Of a stretch of 64,000 bases of DNA, positions 58,888-64,000 are shown in pieces (within the stretch, counting starts at the first letter, position 1; each line of letters begins with the position of its first letter). Source of the stretch: Sulfurovum sp. (GTDB lineage Bacteria > Campylobacterota > Campylobacteria > Campylobacterales > Sulfurovaceae); the NCBI RefSeq assembly GCF_049668085.1, contig NZ_JBATIY010000079.1, forward strand, positions 2,846-66,845, given 5' to 3'. Both the position numbers and the translations under genes were made by a program. Below the pieces are notes generated by a model, which saw only the letters and a list, made by a program, of their open reading frames with translations, was not told where the DNA came from and did not search any database.

Positions 58888-59597
58888 TGTTTAGATTTCT
58901 TTTTTGTATAAATACCATAGAACAGGAGGGACAACGTAAGCCCAATAGAAACAGTTGCCATACCCTCAAGTATAAAGATAATACTGCTTGCCTGAGAAAG
59001 AGGATACTTCAGTAATTCCCCCGTTGCAAATATACTATATATTGAAATACCAATAAACAACGTTACACTTATAATAAGAGCAAAATGAAGTGGAAAGCCT
59101 TTGAAATTTAAAAATGGCTGACGTCCAGATAACATCAGTAGAACCAAGCCTGCACCAAATACAGATCCAGCTTGAAATGCACCTCCTGGAGCATGGGCAC
59201 CTACCCACAGCAGATAGATAGAAACCAATATTAAAAAAGGTACTAAAAGGTCAACTAGAGTATGAAGTACAGGGTTTTTAAAATCACTAATAGACTCTAT
59301 AGGTACTTCTTGAATAGACCAAACACCTAACAGAGCGACTAGAAGTACTACCATCTCGAGAAAGGTATCGTAAACACGGAAATTGAGTAATACGGCCGTA
59401 ACGGGATTACTCACACCGCTTATATCTATATTGTTATCCACCAATCCCTGAAGGTTTGTCGCGGACTCGGGTAAGGACAATACTGCATATCCCACTATTG
59501 AAGCAATTAAGGTCAGAAATATTATTAGCAGCAAACGGATTATCTTATCCTCACTTTTGTTTTTATTGGCAGTCAATTGTTTTTCCCTTCCTCGCAT
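58884..59597 (-). CDS. mrpB: Mrp antiporter subunit B (MnhB domain)
   Basis: MnhB signature NPVTAVLLNFRVYDTFLEMVVLL. Start is uncertain. Confidence 0.8.
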   Translation of the reverse strand: MRGREKQLTANKNKSEDKIIRLLLIIFLTLIASIVGYAVLSLPESATNLQGLVDNNIDISGVSNPVTAVLLNFRVYDTFLEMVVLLVALLGVWSIQEVPIESISDFKNPVLHTLVDLLVPFLILVSIYLLWVGAHAPGGAFQAGSVFGAGLVLLMLSGRQPFLNFKGFPLHFALIISVTLFIGISIYSIFATGELLKYPLSQASSIIFILEGMATVSIGLTLSLLFYGIYTKKKSKQ

Positions 59598-59881
59598 TTG
59601 CTATTGGCCGAAATATGTGAGGTTTGGTCAATATGAGTTGTTTTTTGTAACTTTGCTAATGCAGCCAGGAGTAGTGCACCAGTTAAACCAGCACCAATAG
59701 CTACTTCAGCTATCGCAACATCAATTGCATTTAAACGAATCCAGGAAATTGCCATGAGCAGTCCAAAAGTAATAAACAATACAATGGCTTTAAATAAATT
59801 AGTACTTGAGAGTGATTGCCATCCAACCCATAATAAAACCATGCATAATAAGCCATCAAAAATTTTAATCATGATTTCCAT
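59573..59881 (-). CDS. DUF4040 / MbhD-like subunit (equivalent of the MrpA C-terminal part)
   Basis: 102 aa with motif AEVAIGAGLTGALLLAAL. Confidence 0.75.
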   Translation of the reverse strand: MEIMIKIFDGLLCMVLLWVGWQSLSSTNLFKAIVLFITFGLLMAISWIRLNAIDVAIAEVAIGAGLTGALLLAALAKLQKTTHIDQTSHISANSKCEEGKNN

Positions 59882-60168
59882 AAACGTATTCCTTTCTCTA
59901 ATGCACTTTTAGCAACCAAATGTGCTACACTAGATCCCGAAAGAAGTACAAGTAACCATATCAATATTAATTTACCCACTACAACAAATGAATCTGCCTG
60001 TAGTGAAAGACCGAAAATGATAAAACCCAATCCGATATTGTCAGCTTTTGTTAATGCGTGCAGTCGTGTGTACACATCGGGAAAACGAAGAAGCCCCAAA
60101 GTTCCTGCCAAGAAGAAGAACGCACCAATCAATAGAAAAGGTAGTGATACATACTCAATCAGTGTCAT
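59869..60168 (-). CDS. mrpG: Mrp antiporter subunit G
   Basis: GLLRFPDVYTRLHALTKADNIG motif. Confidence 0.85.
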   Translation of the reverse strand: MTLIEYVSLPFLLIGAFFFLAGTLGLLRFPDVYTRLHALTKADNIGLGFIIFGLSLQADSFVVVGKLILIWLLVLLSGSSVAHLVAKSALEKGIRLWKS

Positions 60169-60433
60169 GAATGTGTGTCTCCTTCAATTGGGATCGTCGC
60201 ACGAAGGCTACTGCAGTAACAGCAGAGAGCAGAGCGAAAAGCAATGCTACATCACGTAGACTGGATTGATTTGATACTTCAGCTAAGACTATTAGCAGTG
60301 CTACTGCGATTGTACCAAACAATTGAGCTGCAAGCATAAGGTCAGCAGTAGTTGGGCCACGAAAAATGCGCCACATACCTGCAATAAGGTTAAGCATCAA
60401 AAACATTGCTAGTAAAAGTAAAACAGTATGCAT
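60155..60433 (-). CDS. mrpF: Mrp antiporter subunit F
   Basis: 92 aa with three TM helices. RIFRGPTTADLMLA resembles the MnhF/PhaF pattern. Confidence 0.8.
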   Translation of the reverse strand: MHTVLLLLAMFLMLNLIAGMWRIFRGPTTADLMLAAQLFGTIAVALLIVLAEVSNQSSLRDVALLFALLSAVTAVAFVRRSQLKETHIHDTD

Positions 60434-60439
60434 ATTCGA

Positions 60440-61417
60440 CTACTTCTTCAGAGTAACTGGTGAAACGAAATCAGATGGTTTGACCGCGAGTACAGAACAA
60501 TGAATCTGATTAAGTATATCTTCTGCGGTATTACCGATGATCAACCCTGGGATACCAGTACGTCCAATAGTTCCCATAACGACCAAGTCAGCATCTATAT
60601 TTTTTGCAAACTCTGGAATCACTTTGTTTGGAAAACCTTTGACAAGGTGTTTTTTTGGTTTAAGAAAATCAATTAATTCTCCTGTTTTTTCGGTGGAGAT
60701 TTTATCTATAAATGTATCTAGTTTCTCCTCATGTATACGCTTTATATTTTTTGTATATTCAAGAATCCGGGCATGGTCCATTCTTAAACGTGCTCCTTGC
60801 AACATACTTTCGCCAGGTAAATACCAAGCATGCACTATATGAAGGTTTGCTAATTCAGAAACAGCCAGTGATCCTGCCATCTTAAGGATCTGCACATTTA
60901 AAGATTCATTAGCTTTGATCTCCTGCTCATGCTCTGAATTACTTATATCGATAGTGGCCAAAATGTTCTTATATGACTTTGGTGTATCTTTATGTATCAT
61001 CCACACTGGGCATGGACATTTTCTCAGTAGATGCATATCATCACTACCGAATATACGATCCATCCATTCTAATTTTGTCGGTGTTTTAATAACCAAGTCG
61101 TACTCATTACGAAGTACTTCATAGATTATTTCAAGAAATGGTGTACCAACAAGTATCTTTGTATAAATTTTAATTTTCTGCGGAAAAGTATCCACAAAAG
61201 ATTTCAACTGCTCATTTTTTGAAGCCATTACAGATGCTTCAATATCGTCCATTATGTTTTGCTTAATCATGTTTGCATTCATGCCTGAGCCTGGAAAAAC
61301 ATTTATCACCGTCAGGTTTGCATTGTTCTTCTCTGCAAGTGTTAAAGCACGTTCAAGTCCCATTCTGTTTCCATTTTCGGGGTCAACTACACATAATATA
61401 TTCTTAAATCGTTGCAT
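60440..61417 (-). CDS. tandem-domain universal stress protein (UspE-like) embedded in the Mrp operon
   Basis: Two Usp domains (FKNILCVVDP... and ILATIDIS...VVMGTIGRTGIPGLIIGNTAEDIL). Overlaps mrpE by 14 nt and lies 6 nt from mrpF. Confidence 0.88.
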   Translation of the reverse strand: MQRFKNILCVVDPENGNRMGLERALTLAEKNNANLTVINVFPGSGMNANMIKQNIMDDIEASVMASKNEQLKSFVDTFPQKIKIYTKILVGTPFLEIIYEVLRNEYDLVIKTPTKLEWMDRIFGSDDMHLLRKCPCPVWMIHKDTPKSYKNILATIDISNSEHEQEIKANESLNVQILKMAGSLAVSELANLHIVHAWYLPGESMLQGARLRMDHARILEYTKNIKRIHEEKLDTFIDKISTEKTGELIDFLKPKKHLVKGFPNKVIPEFAKNIDADLVVMGTIGRTGIPGLIIGNTAEDILNQIHCSVLAVKPSDFVSPVTLKK

Positions 61418-61958
61418 TGTACTTATCTCCTTTATAAAAATTTTGACATGAACTAAATATCTTAGCTACTTGTTCTTCTAATATAATGAGTTCCGTTTTA
61501 AAATCATGTCGACTATCCATGATATGAATGGTTAACTCATTGTCCTCCATCTGAACTGTTAATGTACCTGGTATTAAATTCACCAAATTTACCATAAAGA
61601 CACGCGGTAAACCAGGAGGCAAACTTAAGGAATACTTTACCATGTCCGGGCTAATAGGTAGACGTGGATGAAAAACTCGTAAAGCAACTTCTAATGCACC
61701 CTTAATAGAATAAATCAAAAAAAGTGGTATAAATGCTGCTAGTCTGATGAATGCGATATGAACTGGAGGAAAAAGTGTTATGCTTAAAATCGTACTCAGT
61801 ATTACAGCCGGTAAACCGATCCACCATGAAGATGCATCACCATCTGTAAGTACCCACCAAGTTAATAGGAAAAGTAATATCCGAAAAACTAAAGACGACG
61901 GGGTAACATTTTTCACAAAAACATATAGAAAGCCAGTTGATTTTAGTTTAGTCTTCAT
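61404..61958 (-). CDS. mrpE: Mrp antiporter subunit E
   Basis: MnhE pattern WWVLTDG...NLIPGTLTV. Confidence 0.85.
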   Translation of the reverse strand: MKTKLKSTGFLYVFVKNVTPSSLVFRILLFLLTWWVLTDGDASSWWIGLPAVILSTILSITLFPPVHIAFIRLAAFIPLFLIYSIKGALEVALRVFHPRLPISPDMVKYSLSLPPGLPRVFMVNLVNLIPGTLTVQMEDNELTIHIMDSRHDFKTELIILEEQVAKIFSSCQNFYKGDKYNATI

Positions 61959-61999
61959 ATCCTTGCCTTTTATTTATAGCAGTTTTCTGAATGAATAAT

Positions 62000-62341
62000 T
62001 TAATCATATCTTGTTGAGAAAAGCATTAATGTTTCTCTCAAATAGTCAAGTTCAAATCCAAGTGAAGTCATATGATTTAAAGTATTTTCACATGCTTTAA
62101 TTTTGATTTCACCTGCTTTGGTATTTTTTCCATATTGTTTTGCTTCTTCAGCTGGAATGACATATTTCATACCAGTGACAATACCAAGTAAGTATGTATT
62201 ATAAGCCTCAATATTTTTACCATTTCCATTTACTAGATAGTCACATTGTTTTTTAAGGGCATTATTTATTTCTGTACTAGCAGATACATTGATTGATAGA
62301 ATAGCAAGAAATGTCATAAGAATCATTAGTTTAGTTTTCAT
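62000..62341 (-). CDS. small exported hypothetical protein (113 aa), possibly first gene of the Mrp transcription unit
   Basis: Signal peptide MKTKLMILMTFLAILSINVSA. Lies 41 nt upstream of mrpE. Confidence 0.55.
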   Translation of the reverse strand: MKTKLMILMTFLAILSINVSASTEINNALKKQCDYLVNGNGKNIEAYNTYLLGIVTGMKYVIPAEEAKQYGKNTKAGEIKIKACENTLNHMTSLGFELDYLRETLMLFSTRYD

Positions 62342-62490
62342 TATTCATCCTTTTTATATTATTTATAGCAGAAGAATTAAATAATAACAAGGCTATTTTC
62401 AAAACCTAATAAAATATATAATATTATAAAGTTTTCATATTTTAGTAAAATGAACTTTATGTCATCTAAAGTACTAATACATTTAATTAT

Positions 62491-62655
62491 TTAAGAGAAG
62501 TTCTTTTGCATCTTTTCTTGTAACTTTTGCTCTATAGTAGAATACTTTTCTTGCATCTTTTGTTCGATTGTGCAGTACTTCTCTTGTAGCTTCTGCTCGA
62601 TTGTGGAGTAGTTCCTTGCTTGTTTCTGTTTGATAGTGAAGTATTTGTTGTGCAT
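62491..62655 (-). CDS. unannotated 54-aa ORF made of 11-residue repeats
   Basis: Hand-translated: MHNKYFTIKQKQARNYSTIEQKLQEKYCTIEQKMQEKYSTIEQKLQEKMQKNFS*. AGAGGA lies 6 nt upstream of the ATG. Below the track cutoff. Confidence 0.5.
   Translation of the reverse strand: MHNKYFTIKQKQARNYSTIEQKLQEKYCTIEQKMQEKYSTIEQKLQEKMQKNFS
62515..62646 (-). repeat. 4 x 33-bp tandem repeat (the first unit is diverged)
   Basis: Units encode KYFTIKQKQAR / NYSTIEQKLQE / KYCTIEQKMQE / KYSTIEQKLQE. Differences among the last three units are mostly synonymous or conservative. Confidence 0.8.
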
Positions 62656-63025
62656 CTTTTCCTCTTTTCTGTAGATTAGTTTTTTTGCTTCTGTACTACT
62701 ATAGTCTTAATTAACACAATATTATTCAATTAACTGTATACAAAATAATCATTTTTCTTTAAACTAAAAATAATTATAGATATACCCTTATAAAATATAT
62801 AATAATCTAAGGTTTCAGCATCTCATTAAGCGAGAGATATTAAAGTTATATAAATAAGTATATGAGAGGGATTTTTGATTAATTTTTGGACCAATTGAAG
62901 TCCGAAGACTTCATTAATATTAGTCAGCGGAACGATAAGTTATGCCCTATTCCTTTATTTACTATATTTATCCATATACTAATGACACATTTGGGGTCAT
63001 TTTTTTTAATATTCGTTGAACATTT

Positions 63026-64000
63026 TCATAGTTTAACACTTCCTGTCTTTTCCTGCTCTGCTTCTTCTTTCACAAGTTTATCCGAAACAGCACCAGGTGA
63101 TTTAGTGTGACGGGCTAATAGATTATAGGCTATAGGCACGATAAAAAGTGTAAAGATCGTTGCGGCAAAAACACCACTCAAAATGACGATCCCGATCACA
63201 AAACGTGTTTCAGAACCTGCACCACTTGAGATAACTAGAGGAATTGCCCCAGCGATGGTTGTAATACCTGTCATTAGAATCGGGCGAAAGCGTATTTCAG
63301 CTGCCTCTATCAAGGCTTGTGAGAATTCCACTCCTCTATCTCGAAGTTGGTTTGCAAACTCAACGATCAAAATACCATTTTTCGCCGACAGTCCAACCAG
63401 TATAATCAGCCCGATTTTCGAATAGATATTCAGTGAAGTATCAGTGAGATAGAGCCCCAGTAAACCACCTCCCATAGCTAGTGGCACTGTTAGCATAATG
63501 ACAAATGGATGTATATAACTTTCAAACTGTGCGGCAAGTACTAAAAATACAACAAGAAGTCCTAAAACAAATACAAATACAATAGACGAACCTGATTGTA
63601 TAAAGTCACGGCTTTGTCCTTTGTAGTCAACGATAGCAATTTCAGGCAAATGTTTTTTCACCATGTCATTAAGATAGGTCAATGCTTCATCTAGCCTATA
63701 TCCCTCTTTGAGATTGGCTTCCAGGGTGATAGCACGTATACGATTATAGCGTGTGAGTGTCTTAGCCGCACCGTATTCTTTAATGGTAACAAGGTTTGAC
63801 AGCGCTATCATAGATCCCGAACGATCAGATCTTACATAGATGTTTTTTACTTGGTCGAAAGAGCGTTGTTTCGCCCGTTCACCTTCTACAATAACATCAT
63901 ACTCCTCTCCTCTATCTAAAAAAGTGGTCACTCTTCGTCCAGCCATCATGGTTTCTAGAGTGGTACCGATTTCTTTGATTGATACACCAAGTTCCGCTGC
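63026..64000 (-). CDS. RND efflux transporter permease (AcrB/CzcA superfamily), C-terminal part; continues past the window end
   Basis: The frame is open to base 64000 (AAELGVSIKEIGTTLETMMAGRRVTTF...). C-terminal TM bundle motifs ILVGLSAKNGILIVEFANQ and FRPILMTGITTIAGAIPL. Confidence 0.9.
   Translation of the reverse strand, partial: AAELGVSIKEIGTTLETMMAGRRVTTFLDRGEEYDVIVEGERAKQRSFDQVKNIYVRSDRSGSMIALSNLVTIKEYGAAKTLTRYNRIRAITLEANLKEGYRLDEALTYLNDMVKKHLPEIAIVDYKGQSRDFIQSGSSIVFVFVLGLLVVFLVLAAQFESYIHPFVIMLTVPLAMGGGLLGLYLTDTSLNIYSKIGLIILVGLSAKNGILIVEFANQLRDRGVEFSQALIEAAEIRFRPILMTGITTIAGAIPLVISSGAGSETRFVIGIVILSGVFAATIFTLFIVPIAYNLLARHTKSPGAVSDKLVKEEAEQEKTGSVKL

Noticed and set aside
61944-62341. Both the 113-aa gene and mrpE start with MKTKL, suggesting a possible duplication
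   Set aside because: The similarity is limited to five codons and the rest of the sequences are unrelated, so it is likely coincidence.
62515-62646. Regularly spaced repeats considered as a CRISPR array
   Set aside because: The 33-bp units are directly contiguous with no spacers. They are in frame with an RBS-preceded ORF, and no cas genes are nearby.
62886-63110. 74-aa + strand ORF at the 3' end of the RND gene
   Set aside because: It overlaps the well-supported RND permease C-terminus on the opposite strand, and has no RBS or motif.

Overview
This is an AT-rich bacterial chromosome segment. Gene content and synteny look like Campylobacterota (epsilonproteobacteria), probably a free-living sulfur-oxidiser type. 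That placement rests on recalled family motifs, since no search was possible. About 0-44 kb is mostly core housekeeping. It holds a PpiD-like chaperone with ftsA and ftsZ, a Cj0371/Cj0372-type lipoprotein plus GspS-like ATP-grasp pair, apaH, prmC, an M48 protease, an ABC-F ATPase, thrC, argB-lpxK, an orphan HsrA/CosR-type regulator, cmoB, rny, ftsY, plsC, radA, acpS, argD-tolC, adk and a Wolinella-type frdCAB. A PhoX-like lipoprotein and a di-haem lipoprotein form an accessory pair at 6.4-10.1 kb. About 44-63 kb looks accessory. It contains a cytoplasmic molybdoenzyme with no canonical start for its Fe-S domain, and a large di-haem CCP/MauG-family protein with a C-terminal sorting-like tail. 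It also holds a periplasmic triple-EF-hand protein, a cytochrome b561 and several tiny exported proteins. A 10-gene split-architecture Mrp antiporter cluster follows, with an embedded tandem-USP gene, then a partial RND pump at the window edge. The best candidate for something undescribed is the 1.2-kb gene-poor stretch at 52.7-53.9 kb. It carries two unannotated tandem paralogous secreted peptides of about 45 aa whose mature forms would start His-His. It also carries a recurring TTCACACT-N7-(-10) promoter-like module that links those peptides, an 88-aa secreted low-complexity protein, an ORF-less transcription unit and possibly the di-haem enzyme. Other unannotated items are a 54-aa ORF built from four 33-bp (11-aa) tandem repeats and a bioA relic. 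I saw no rRNA, tRNA, CRISPR array or transposase. All family names come from motif recall and need a database check.
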